In this document: in pieces, positions 50,849-64,000 of the stretch
Layout of the letters: every line of letters starts with the position of its first letter
Numbering within the stretch: position 1 is the stretch's first letter
Source: Octopus vulgaris
Lineage: Eukaryota
Assembly (NCBI GenBank): GCA_951406725.2
Contig: OX597831.1
Location: 52,204,001-52,268,000, forward strand
Direction of reading: 5' to 3'
DNA length: 64,000 nucleotides
Notes under the pieces: generated by a model
Seen by the model: only the letters and a program-made list of their open reading frames with translations
The model's database searches: none
Told to the model about the DNA's origin: nothing
Position numbers and translations under genes: made by a program

Positions 50849-51057
50849 ATATATACACATACATATATAGGTATATATGTGTGTGCTTGTATGTAGAAAA
50901 ACCAGAAGGGTGATAAGTTTATACCACATTCTTACATGTATTTCATTAATGAATAGCTCATTTGTGCAAGGTTCTATGTTGTGCTCTTCATATAGCTTTG
51001 TACAAGTATACATCTCTCTCTTTCCCTCACACACACACACACACATGCACACACGCA

Positions 51058-51092
<35 letters not shown>

Positions 51093-51914
51093 CTGGTGGC
51101 AAGTAGATGGCATTTGGTGTGAGTAAAAAGAGGAGGATGATATGAGAGTCCTAGAAATGCACGAGCTACATCAAGAGAACTGGTTAGGGACATGGATGGA
51201 GCCCTTGATCTGAATAAATCAGAAAATGCTTGAAAGCCTCTCCAGCTTTTTTGTGCTACCAAATGGTATTCAGTTGTTTATGGCAGTGACGAGGCCCAGA
51301 TGTCACATATGTGTTGTCACCAACCACCTACTCTATGTGGTTGCTTGATCAACCAGAAATAGCTGTCACATTTCCCTAAATCCACACTCTGTTATCTTAA
51401 AATAAAGCAGGACACATTAGATAATGTGGTCCTAGATACTCTAAAGTAGTCATGGCTAGAATGCCTTTGATCATGTCTTTTTGTTGGTTGACTTGAAGCT
51501 AAATTAGTGAAACACCTGTGCAGTTGTTTTGATTTGATAGAAATAGCAGCCAAATATCCTTCAAATTACTCTACTGACTTGAAAAAATTAAAGATATATT
51601 AGAAACCCTATACCCAACCCCAATCTTTAAAAACAAAAATAAACTATGACAGGATGGCCATGATTAGAAGACCTTTGTTCGTAGATCTACTTAATCAGGG
51701 CTGATTTGGGAGCAAAGCAACAAGAACAAATGTTTTATGGCCATTTTCTCTGCTAAAGTTTGGGGTTAGCCTTGCATCATGACAGTCTTCTATTGTTCTC
51801 CTCATGGCTCTCTTTTTACCGGCTGTATTTCATGCTCAGATGCTTTTCAAGTTGTCAAACCTTTTAGTCATCTCAGATCACATTCAGGTGCACAGTGCCT
51901 TCTTTTTAATACTT

Positions 51915-52075
51915 TAATTCCATGTAGAGCATAGGGCGCCAGTAAGATCTCCATCTGTCTCAGTCTTTGGCAATAGATTACAGCTCTTCCCAGGTGCGAC
52001 CTCCTGCCAGTTTCTGTGAACCTTTACCATATTGTTTTTGGTCTGCCATTTTTCCATCTCTCTTTGGGAGAGTTT
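51915..52075 (-). mobile_element. RTE LINE 3' end fragment
   Basis: Degraded RPKTIW..TWEEL..IAKD*DRWRS motif. Confidence 0.5.
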
Positions 52076-52267
52076 ACCTTGTGATATTAGAAACAGGTTT
52101 CTATAAGGTGTGTCCCACCTAATTCTAGCTTCCTCTTCACTTTATTCTAAAACCAGGGATACAGATAACAGCCAATTTATAATCAGAGGAGCTGAGCAAC
52201 AACAACATCATTTTCATAATTAAACAGAAAATGTTACACATTTTTGAAATAATAATCCCATATTTGA

Positions 52268-52486
52268 CCCTTTAGCATTTAGATTATTCTGTCAAATGTA
52301 ATGTTTATTTATTCACATTGCTTTGAATCAATCATGAATTATCTCAGATTTGATATTGTAGTGATGTAATTGTTTTACTCTTAGAATGACATTATAGGGC
52401 AGGTAGGAAAGGCTGGATCTAGTCAGTCTGAACATAAAACTGGTTGAATAATTGGGCTGGATATGGCTAGTTTAAATACCAAAGGG
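52268..52486. mobile_element. piggyBac-like MITE (second family)
   Basis: ttga-ccctttagcattta / taaataccaaaggg-ttag, degenerate TTAA flanks. Confidence 0.65.
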
Positions 52487-52681
52487 TTAGGGATTTGAAA
52501 AAATCAGATCAAGATTGGAGCCTGGTGCAGCTATCTGATTCGCCAGTCCTCAGTCAAATTGTCCAACCTATGTTAAGCATGGAAAGCGGACATTAAACGA
52601 TAATGATGATGAAGAAAAAAACAAAAACCAAGCATAAGATGTTAACTAATTAATTTTTTTTATTATTATTTGTTATTTCAG

Positions 52682-52765
52682 ATTTTCACAGCTGACTGAA
52701 TTAAAACACCTGGATTTATCATATAATTTATTATCAAGTTTGCCTGATGAATTTTCAAATCTCAG
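52682..52765 (+). CDS. LRRC63: LRRC63-like gene, exon E (84 bp), LRR
   Basis: ttgttatttcag acceptor, AG/gtatat donor; (E)FSQLTELKHLDLSYNLLSSLPDEFSNL is a canonical LRR; phase 2 matches exon D. Confidence 0.88.
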
Positions 52766-55590
52766 GTATATTTACATTTTCTTGTTACTGTTGTGCTGGT
52801 GGTGTTTCTAATATTAATAATTGGTGAAATGCAGAAATAAGGTTGTAATCATCATCGTCATCATCATCGTCATCGTCATCATCGTCGTTGTCATCATCAT
52901 CATCATCATCGTTGTTGTCATTGTTGTCATTGTCATCGCCAGCAACATCCCCTCCCCATCAGCACTGCAGCTGACTCCCACCCACCATTAGCTCTCCTCC
53001 CATGATCATCATCATTGATTACTTCATATATTCTAATCAAATTTATAGACTGAGGGAAGACAATTACCTCTGGTGATAAACCTCAATGACATTTTCTCCA
53101 TTCCACTTGGAGATGGTGGGAGAGGGAAGTGTTCCCCTACTCCTCCTCACCAATAACGAAATGCCCCAAGTGAATGGGTTTATAATCACTATGCACCTGT
53201 AGGCTGTGAAATTTCAGCTGGAAGCTGGTACTTATCTTTGATAGTCAAAGTAATCTCAGATATGTAAGCTTCTTTGACAGACCCTTGGTGATGACTTTTC
53301 TGTTGTATCCTTATGGATAAACAAATACACTGCATCTTTAATTGAAACAGATGGCAGTAACCACATGGAACATAACAACAATCTTTTAAGAACCAACAAT
53401 TCAACATGCTACCTCGAACTGTAAACTTCGAATTCCAATTTTGAACTATCAACATATGAACTATGGAACTAGCATGAACTCCCTCACTTAATCAGACCAC
53501 TACTGTTTATATGTAGTGGTCCAGTCCATTCTTGCCAGGGGGCGTCATACTCTCACACAACACCTTCTCTATACAAATTCATACACTATGTATATTTTGA
53601 CTTTTACTCTATCTTTTTCTTCACTAATTCAGTTTCAATTTAACCCTTCCTCTCATTTCTTGAAACCTGTCAGAGTAATGTTCTCTCATTTTTTGCCCTT
53701 CTGGCACATAAAATATTGGTAGACTTATTTACTAAAGCCCTTCACTACTTATCTACCTCCCTCTCATCCTCCTCATTTAACAACTCTCTCCTATGCTGGT
53801 ATTGGTTGGAAGATTCAGCAGGAGCCAGTGAACTGGACAAATGTATCAAGCTCCAATGTCTGTTCAGATGTGCCTCTCTATAGCTGGATGGCCTTCCTAA
53901 TGCCACACCCCTCCTAATGGCATTAGGAAGGGCATTGTAAAATTAGGAAGTTCAAGAAGATGGTCCCTGTCATGAGATCTAGAGCCTTCTGAAGCAACAA
54001 AGCAGCTACACCTCCTAATCCTGATCAACTTGGAAATATGTAGTTCACCATAAATTGACCTGAAGGCTTGTAGAGTGGAAACTCTGGTCTTGCTCATGAC
54101 CACCACATTTATATTGAGCTATTTGAATGGGTGGCCTTGCTACCAGGGTGACTCCAGGCCATGTGAATTTACACAACCTATTGTGACTGAGTGAATGTTT
54201 GATTTAGGGAAGGTGAGAGAGGATCACTTAGCATATTTTTATGGAGGAACAGATATTTCATCCCTGCTGCTAACTGTGGATATTTCCAAAAGCAGTTCCT
54301 TATAAAGCCATTTGTGTATATTTCCCCTGAAATCTCCTACTCTTTTGGGATTGTGATGAGTGTCTCAAGTTTCACCTGAATCAGAATCACTAACCCCATC
54401 ACAACTCATTTTTCTTTTTGACATCTTTCTGTTTCCAGTAGCATGTTATGTTCTTCTAGAATCATGCATTTCAGGTGGTTGGATTGAGGTTTTTACTCAG
54501 ATCACTCTCCATCCCAGTTAGATGGGTGTCAGTGTAAAATCTTTAGTTCTGGGCTAAGGTAGCTGAGTGGAAAAATAATTTGGATGCATTCAAACTCATG
54601 GGGATGTCCCACAAAATTAAAGTCTTGTCAAATGTTTTTTAAAAAGAGTTAATCTTAGTCTGAAGGTATACACTCTAATTTGTATCTTTTGTGGATAAGT
54701 ACCTATACAAAATTGTTTTCATTTCTGTTTGGTCTAAAAAGTGTTGCAGTATATTGAAAGTAACTTTTTCTCTGTTCTTGTTTGTTGATGTGTTTCTTCA
54801 CCTCTTCTTAATGTTCATGCTTTTGGTTGAGTGAGACAAATTCAAAAACACTTGTAATCTTGGCAACGGAAACATTTTATACTGTGTTTTCACTGCTGCT
54901 GCTACTTTTGTTACCTTTAATGTTTTTCCTGCTACTACCTTGGTTATCATTGCTGCTCCTGTTGCTGTTGTTATTGTTACTGTTTAATAGTTGTTGTTTA
55001 TACAACTAGACATTTGCCATTATAGCAGTTGTGCAATGATTTTAATGATAAAAACACCTCCTCCACTTCCATGGGTGTATTGCTGTCTTTGCTACCATTG
55101 CCGTTGCTGCTTTTGTTAATGTTGCTGTTATTGTGATTGTTGTTACAGCTACTGTCATCTTTCACTGTAGCAGAAGTGCGATTTTGTGGACTTCAAACTT
55201 TGTATGCTTCAAAATCATTTTCCTCCTTTTTCACATGTTGCACCAATCTTTGAGAGTAACCTCCTATTTCTCCCTTCTTTTCAGCTTGCTTGCTGTAGAA
55301 GCCAACTCCATGTTTGTGAAAAACATGTTTTTCAAAACAAAAATTTTCTAGCAAAATTGATCCCCAAAGGGACAAGAAACAAAGAAGTCGATTAGTTCTA
55401 TGTGTTCTGGTTGACTTAAATAAGTGTTTTAAAACAAAATATAAATTTCAACAATTAACAACATTCAAAAATATAAGCAGACCAGCTATTTTGACCTTTG
55501 CTTCTCTCGGGTTTTGGTGGTGTTGTTTTGTGCGTGTTATCTCCTTTTCTCTTTCTTCTTTTGTTCGTCTTCTTTGCCTTCCCCATATTC

Positions 55591-55709
55591 CTCACCATGG
55601 CAACCAAACAGTAGCCCCGAGTGACTTGCAACCCTCCTTACACCATTGCCCACCCCATTTTACCCCCCAGTGTAAATTTTGGCGCCAATCCAACCCCATC
55701 TACCGCCCC
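55591..55709. promoter_or_regulatory. Promoter-like motif cluster: RFX X-box-like, CCAAT, GC box
   Basis: ctcaccatggcaac 55591-55604, ccaat 55685-55689, ccgcccc 55703-55709 in a locally GC/CpG-richer unique patch. Confidence 0.3.
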
Positions 55710-55829
55710 TTAAACCGTTCCCGTCCCAAAAGGAGACAAATAACCAAGAAATCAAACAATTTTTTTGCATTTCAGCTTTATAGATATTGACGAACAAATA
55801 TATGAGTGTCTTAGAACGACATATAGCTG

Positions 55830-56802
55830 GGCACAAGGCCAGCAATTTTGAGGGGAAATGGTTTGCCAATTCTATTGACTCAAATGGTTCTTCATTTCAT
55901 TAATGAAAGGCAAAGATGACCATGGCAGCATTTGAACTCAGAATATTAAGAACCAGAAAAAACCCTGCTTAGGATTTTGCCCAGCATGCTAATGGTAATG
56001 GTTCACCCATCTTGCAACCTTTGTTTTCAAATTCTTGCACAAGACCAGCAATTTTAGGTGAAGGGGCTAGTTTATTACATTGATTCCCAATACATGACTG
56101 GTTCTTTATTTTAGCAGTTTCCAGTGGGATTTGAACCCAGAACACGAAGAGCAAGAAGAGATGTCGTTAAGTATTTTGTCTGACATGTTAATAATTCTGC
56201 CACCTTGCTACTTCATACTGGTATTCCATAAATTATGCTGACAAGCGTTCCAGTTAAGCCACTCACTAGAACAGCCTGCTTGTGAAATTAATGTGCAAGT
56301 AGCTGAGCACTCCACAAACATGCAAACCCATAACATAGTAACTTCAACATGATACAGAATATGACAAGACCGAGTCTTTGAGATACAAGTACTACTCATT
56401 TTTTGCCAACTGAGCAGACTAGAGCAACATGAAATAAAATGTCTTGCTATCATCATCATCATCATCACTTAATGTCTGTCATCCATGCTGGCATGGGTTG
56501 GACGGTTTGACTAGGCTGGCAAGCTGGAAGGCTACATCAAGATCTGGTCTGATTTGGCATAGTTTTTTTCTATAGCTGGATGCCCTAATCCTTTCTACTG
56601 TAGGCACAAGACCTGAAATTTTGGGGCAGAGAGCTAGCCAACTACATTGACCCCAGTGCTAGACTGGTAATTATTTCATTGACCCCCGAAAGGATGAAAA
56701 GCAAAGTTGACCTCAGTGGAATTTGAACTTAAAATGTAAAGACGGACGAAATGCCAGTAAGCATTCTGTTGGGCACACTACTGATTCTGCCAGCTTTCCA
56801 CC

Positions 56803-56861
<59 letters not shown>

Positions 56862-57087
56862 TATAATTATAATAATGGTTTCAAATTGTGGCACAAGGCC
56901 AGCAATTTTAGGTAAGGTACAAGTTGATTACATTGATCCCAGTAATTATTTTATCGATTCTGAAAGGATGAAAGGCAAAGTTAACCTCGGCAGAATTTGA
57001 GCTTAGAACGTAAAGGCAGATGAAATACCTATAAGAATTATGTCCAGCATGCTAAAAATTCTGCCAGGTCACTGCTATAGTAGTAGC

Positions 57088-57139
<52 letters not shown>

Positions 57140-57320
57140 ATAACAAGAGAGATAATGCTAATACTAATCATAACAATATTTGACTGGGTTTTTTAAAATT
57201 TTATTGACCTTGAGAGGACGAAAGGGAAATTTGATCTGAGTAGAACTTGAACTCATAATGTAAAGAGACTAAAGAAATATTGCTCTGTATTTTGTCTGAC
57301 ATGCTAATGACTCATCACCT
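55830..57320 (-). mobile_element. Cluster of about five SINE family A copies with (TAA)n/(TAG)n spacers
   Basis: Repeated core motifs in the same orientation. Confidence 0.75.
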
Positions 57321-57969
57321 TTAATAATTAAAACTAGAAGAAGAGTAATTGAAACTGGAAGAAGAATTGACATTAGAAGAAGAAGGAAAAGAAGAAGAAG
57401 AAGAGGAAGAAGAAAAAGAATGATGATGAGAAGGAGGTAGAGGAGGAGGTGAGAGAAGGAGAAGGATGAGAGAGACAAAGAAGAAGCAGAAGAAAAAGAA
57501 GAATGAGGGGAGGAGGAGGAGAAGGAGGAGGAAGAATACACAAACAAATATGTAAAAAAAATTTAAAGTAATCTTCCAAGAGTCTTGCTTGGATCTGGTT
57601 GTAATTCCTGATGGTAGCAGTTCCAAAAAACACCAAGGCACTGCAAGAATGGTGAAGCATTGGATTAAATACCTAACCAAGTTTATTTACGTTACTTACA
57701 TTCCAAGTTCAAATTACGTTTGGGGTCACCATGCCTTTCTTTCTTCTTGATTTGATAAAATAATTCAAAAAGAAAAAAAAAAAAAGAAAACTGTAACAAG
57801 AGCCTGCAACTATATTCATCTCGAGTAAATTTGTGGCATTGTGCCGAGGTAAAGAAAGGAAAAAAAAAGAGAAATAAAATTATCGCTATCGTTTTTAATG
57901 TTCTTCTTTATGCAGCTATTATCTTCATTACCATCGATGTCATCAGTATCGTTAACATCATTCTCTTAA

Positions 57970-58754
57970 CCATCCATCCATCCATCCATCTATCATCATC
58001 AGTCATCACGATCATCATCACCATCATTGTCAGATTCACCATCCTTTTTTTTCCTATCATCATCATCATCAATCATCGTCTTCATCATCATCATCATCAT
58101 CATCATCAACATTTCAACACTATCGTTTAATATCACTCTCCTCATCACCACCTCATCATTGCTATCATCATCATCATTACCATCATCATCATCATCATCA
58201 CCACCACCACCACCACCACTACAACCACCACCACTACAACCACCACCACTGCAACCAGAACCACCATTATAACCACCACCACCACCATCATCATCATCAT
58301 TATCATCATCATCATTATCACCATCATCATCATTACCACCACCATTAAAGCCATCACCATCATCATCAGTGTCTTTATAGTAGTCATCATAATCATCACT
58401 CATCACCATCACTATCACTATCATCATCACTAATCATTCTTATCTTATATGATGATCATCACCATCATCATCATCATAATCATCATCATCATCATCATCA
58501 TCACCGACAGCAGCAACTGCAGCAGCAGCAGCAATATGGAACACCGATGTATATAATCATCTCCATTATCATCACCATTACCACCAGCGCTACCACCAGT
58601 GCCGCCATCACCACCAGCACCTCCACCACTACCATTGCTAGAATCACTATCACCATTGCCATCATCATCATCATCAAGATCATCACTGCCACCTCTACCC
58701 CCACCCCCACCCCATCATCTCCATCACCCCTTGCTCCTCCTCCTCCTCATCACT

Positions 58755-58810
<56 letters not shown>

Positions 58811-58820
58811 TATCACCATC
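57970..58820. repeat. (CAT/CAC)n low-complexity tract
   Basis: Direct inspection. Confidence 0.9.
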
Positions 58821-59208
58821 AAAGGCGATATACTTTTATATTTTCTCTCTTTCTTATCTCTCTCCTTCATATTTTTTTTGGTGTTTGTTTGATTTAGTTT
58901 GGTTTGATTTTTGTTTTTGTCTTTTTTTGTTTTGTTTTCTTTTTGTTTTTTTGTTTATGTTGCAAGTTAGTCAGCTGATTTCCTTATCAAAAGATGGGAT
59001 TTTTGTTTTTCTCCATCTGCATCAGTCAATTTGTTAGCCCATTGCTCCCTCAGTTATAGCATCATCGCGATGCCTTATTCCAAAGATCAATAGAGCTTTG
59101 CTTTTTCTCTCACTCACAGAAACATAGACCATATTGAACCGAAAATAGATGAATTGCTTTTGAGTTCATCAAGGGGGTTGCTTTTGTGTGTTCCTGTTTT
59201 TTAAAAAA

Positions 59209-59285
<77 letters not shown>

Positions 59286-59602
59286 GTCTCTTCTTATTGT
59301 TGTGATTTTTGAAAAAATTTCTTTTGGGGCATACATGTGTATGTTTGTATGTATGTATGTATGTATGTATGTATGTGTGCATGCTTGTGTGTGTATGCGT
59401 GTATGCATATATACACATACACACATATATATCTATATATATGTACATATGCATGTATACATGTGTATATAAATATATGTATATATATATATATGTATGT
59501 ATATATATATATTTATATGCATATACATGTATTTATATATATATATATATGTATATGTATATATATATGTGTCTGTATGTCTGTGCATGCATGTGTGTGT
59601 AT

Positions 59603-59633
<31 letters not shown>

Positions 59634-59778
59634 AGCGCACAGAGACTCATGCATGCATATATGCAGACATATGCATTCCCAACAGAATTTTGTTTTAAAA
59701 ATCACAATAAGAGTCCCCTCCACACATGCATGTATACATGCGTTCATATATTTATACATATATATGTATGTGTGTATG

Positions 59779-59841
<63 letters not shown>

Positions 59842-60187
59842 TTGCATACATACACTTAATTATATATATACATACATGCATACATATATATGTGTATTTG
59901 TGTATGTGTTTGTGCCTGTGTAATATATGTAAATATATATACATATATGTATACACATGCATATACATGCACAAACATGTATGTATATAATCACATATGT
60001 AAATATCCATGTGTATAGATACATGGGCATATAATGCATATATGTGTATTTAGATTTTATGCATGCACGTGTTGTGTGTGTGTGTGTAATATATACACAT
60101 GTAAAATACACATGTAATTATGAATGTCCACACACACATATATATATATATGCATATATGTATATATATATATATATATATAAATAG

Positions 60188-60226
<39 letters not shown>

Positions 60227-60635
60227 AGTATATACACATCTGTGTGTATGCATTTTTGTTCATATACATGTAGTATTTATCTAGCTATATATAGAAAGTA
60301 ACAATGTGATAGGGATTATTTATATATATATATATGATATACATGTATATATGTATAATATATGTATGTGTTTATGGTGAATATGTGTAACAGTTATGCA
60401 AGTTTGTATGTAAAAATGAATGTGTCCATTCTGTTTGTTATATGTGTATTTGTAGATATGTGTGCAGGTTGTAACCTTTTTGAAATCTCTTCGTATGTGT
60501 TTTAACGAAAACATGTCTGTTCATCCTTAACCTGGAGTCCATCACACATTGACCCATCATAGAATTGGAGGAGGAATCGGGCCCTACAGGAAAATCTATA
60601 AATACAAAGGCATTGTGCCAGCACGCACACACACC

Positions 60636-60667
<32 letters not shown>

Positions 60668-61221
60668 CACACACACACACACCACACACACACACACATG
60701 TATGTACATACACATACATGCACACACACATGCACACACATGCACACACACACACACACAAACACGCACTTACATACTCAAACAAACACACGTACACACA
60801 CACATACACACAAGCATAATTTCACTCATGTACACATGCTAACTTCTTAAAAATTGAGCAAAATGAAAATAAAATTCCAGTATCGTTGTGAAAACTTGAA
60901 AGAAAAAAAGTAAAAATAAATAAATTAGAAAACAAGAATAAAACAACTACTGAAACCAATACAACACGAGGAACAGTCCTACCCCCACCCCCACACCACC
61001 CCGCCCCGCTCCCCCTACCCTGTAAAAACAACAACATTGTAATATATTGATTAGAAGAAAACAAGAAAAGCAACAACAAGCGAAAAAGAAGATGAAAATA
61101 CAAAATTAAAATTTGCAAAAAAAAACAAACAAAAATAGAAAAAAGAAGTCTTAATCTTATCTTCACAAATATCTTTATTCTGATATTTAGATGGCAACAG
61201 TATTTGCATTTACACACACAT

Positions 61222-61296
<75 letters not shown>

Positions 61297-61411
61297 CACA
61301 CATGTATAATTGTATATACATACATATATATATGCATATACATACATACATATATATATACACACATGCATGCCTACATATATACATATATATACACATA
61401 CACATGCATGC

Positions 61412-61469
<58 letters not shown>

Positions 61470-61593
61470 TCATGTATATATGTAGTCATGCATGTGTATA
61501 AATATATATATATATAGTTATTTTGATCCGGACAGGAAAAATAGAACTCAAAATATGAGTATATATATACATATATATATATATATATTTATA

Positions 61594-61726
61594 AATTTTT
61601 AGCAGAAGTAAACAGAGTGACTCAAGATCTGAGTGTTTTGTGTGTTGATACTTATCAAACTTTGGTTAGTGCTGACACATCAAACTCTTGGACCTTGAGT
61701 CACTCAGTTTACTTCTGCTAAAAATT
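61594..61726. mobile_element. Small fold-back element (~55-bp arms), Penelope-type terminal repeat derivative
   Basis: aatttttagcagaagtaaacagagtgactcaag / cttgagtcactcagtttacttctgctaaaaatt; single-arm homolog at ~45080-45195. Confidence 0.75.
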
Positions 61727-61769
61727 AATAAAAAATATACACACATGCATACTTTTTTTTTACCTTTTT

Positions 61770-62125
61770 CCTTTTACTTGTTTCAGTCATTAGACTGCAG
61801 CCATGCTGGAGCACCGCCTTGAATTTTTAGACAAATGAATCGACCCCAGTACTTATTTTTTAAGTCTGGGACTTATTCTATCAGTTTCTTTTGCCAAACA
61901 ACTAATCTACAGGGATGTAAACATACCCACACCGGTTGTCAAGTGGTGATGGGGTAACAAATACAGATGCACATAGATATATATACATATATATATGATG
62001 GGCTTCTTTCAGTTTCCATCTATCAAATCTACTCACAAGCCTTTGGCCAGCTCAAGTAGAAGACACTTACCCAAGGTGCCACGCAGTGGGACTGAACCCA
62101 GAACCATGTGGTTAGGAAGCAACTG
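61770..62125 (-). mobile_element. SINE family B
   Basis: Tail to head motifs. Confidence 0.85.
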
Positions 62126-62132
62126 CTGTACC

Positions 62133-62218
<86 letters not shown>

Positions 62219-62254
62219 TACACACACATACATGCATAAATACAAGCATGAATG

Positions 62255-62285
<31 letters not shown>

Positions 62286-62334
62286 TTATATATATATACA
62301 CACACTTGAATATAAGCTTGTATCAACATAGATA

Positions 62335-63864
62335 CTGGGTCATCCTGTAAATAATGTGGTTTTTCCAATTGCATGAACTAAAAGTCAAAGGGGGACAGGA
62401 TAACCTGCAGGTTTTTCTAAAAGCTATAATGGAAGTGACAAAGGAGCATATTCAGCATATTTTGTTTTGTGAGTTCAATAAAGGCAATAACGAAACAGAA
62501 AGTGCAAGGAATATTAATGCAGTGTATGAGGATCGGACAATAAGCATAAACTAGTGTCAACAGGGGTTCCAGAAATTCTGAGCTGGAAACCACAGCTTAG
62601 AAGACGAGCCTCATCATGGAAGATCTGTAGAGCCTTGATGAAGATGTTCTGCAAACCCTGGTGGAACAGAATCCCATTGTAACTGTTGAGGAATTAGCAG
62701 AGAAGCTCGGATTTGGTCATTCAACCATTCATCGACACCTGCATGCCATTGGAAAAATCAGAAAATTCGGTCAACAGGTTCCTTATAAACTTTCCAAGTC
62801 TAATCGTGTACAAAGAGTGAATGTGTGCTCTTCTTTGCTGTCACTTCTCACAAATGATCTTTTTTGGGATCAAGTAGTGACTGGTGATGAGTAATGGGTT
62901 CTCTATAAAAATGTCAAGCAATGAAGACAGTGAGTAGGGAAAGGAGAAACACTGGCACCCCAGGCTAATAAAGGTCTTCACCCACATAAGGTGTTATCTG
63001 TTAGGTGGGATATGAAAGGTTTAGTCCACTTTGAACTTTTAAAACCAAACCAAATGAAGACAAAGGAGATCTACTGTGAGCAACTTGAGTGGCTTAAGTC
63101 AGCACAAGAAGAAAAATGACCATCTTTGGTTTTAAGACAAAAGGTGTTCTTCCATCAGGATAATGCTCAGCCACTTACAGTGAGGCTGACATTCCAAAGG
63201 CTGGAGTAGTTTGAATGGGAAACGATGCACCACTCATCATATTTGTCAGACATTGATCATCTAATTATCATTTATTCTGCTGTCTTCAAAATCCTTTGGA
63301 CAGAAAAATATGAATTCTGTAGATGAGGTCAGAACAGTACTGGGGGAGTATTTTTTGTCACAGACAAGTGAATTTTGGAAGAGGGGCCTTGCAAATCTAC
63401 CAGATAGATGGAAGAGCATTGTAGAAAATGAAGGAGAGTATATTTCAGTAGATTAAAAAAGAACTTTGTTTATCTTAATATTGAAAAATAAAAGCACATC
63501 TGAGCATGACATGAAAAACAACATTCGAGCATAGTTGTTGCCAGTGCCACCAGACTGGCTCCTGTGCAGGTAGCATGTAAAAACACCTTTTAAGTGTGGT
63601 CATTGCCAGAACCGCCTGACTGGCCCTCGTGCTGGTGACACGTAAAATGCATCCACTACACTCTTGGAGTGATTGGCTTTAGGAAGGGCATCCAGCTGTA
63701 GAAACTTTGCCAGACCAGATTGAGCCTGGTGCAGCCTCTAGCTCACCAGTCCTCAGTCAAACCGTCCAACCCATGATAGCATGGAAAGCGGACGTTAAAC
63801 AATAATGATGATGATGAATGAAAGCGGTATAAAAAAAAACTGCATTATTTACGGGATGATCCAG
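62335..63864 (+). mobile_element. Full-length dead mariner (transposase pseudogene ~62429-63456) with RTE-tail insert ~63496-63816
   Basis: ta-ctgggtcatcctgtaaataatg / cattatttacgggatgatccag-ta; MEVTKEHIQHILF, VVTGDE*W, FHQDNAQP, WKSIVENEGEY. Confidence 0.93.
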
Positions 63865-64000
63865 TATAAAGATGCACGTGTGTTTGTGTGTGTGCATGTT
63901 TGTTTATGTATCCTATCATTGCATTGACAATGATAATGATGATGATGATGATGATGACGGCTACAATGGCCTCTCATAACTAAAAGTGCTCGTTTCTAAA

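Noticed and set aside
53049-53076. Possible next LRR exon after atttatag
   Set aside because: Stop codon after eight codons in the required phase and no LRR motif.
53190-54700. Possible ancient retroelement coding remnants
   Set aside because: Could not recover a convincing RT or endonuclease motif by eye.
60978-61020. C-run cluster (G-quadruplex on minus strand)
   Set aside because: Isolated low-complexity patch with no supporting context.

Overview
AT-rich, microsatellite- and transposon-dense animal genomic DNA. The SINE families and repeat landscape look like an octopus genome (inferred from recall, not checked). Almost all ORFs in the supplied track are artefacts of simple repeats. The one host gene I can support is a + strand, multi-exon leucine-rich-repeat gene resembling LRRC63. 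Five phase-compatible exons lie at 8234-8322, 11831-11916, 13046-13129, 36674-36828 and 52682-52765, one with a GC-AG donor, and the gene runs off both ends of what I can trace. Its introns hold dead Tc1/mariner elements, RTE, CR1-like and Penelope-like retroelement fragments, two tRNA-derived SINE families, non-autonomous Helitrons, piggyBac and hAT MITEs, and a split tRNA-Asp pseudogene. The most striking signal is a set of non-coding fold-back (long inverted-repeat) elements carrying hammerhead-ribozyme motifs. Two sit close together at 46771-47351 and 47694-48305, each with an outward-facing hammerhead in both arms, and the first has a compensatory U3-A8 core variant. More degenerate relatives lie at 16950-17400 and 61594-61726.
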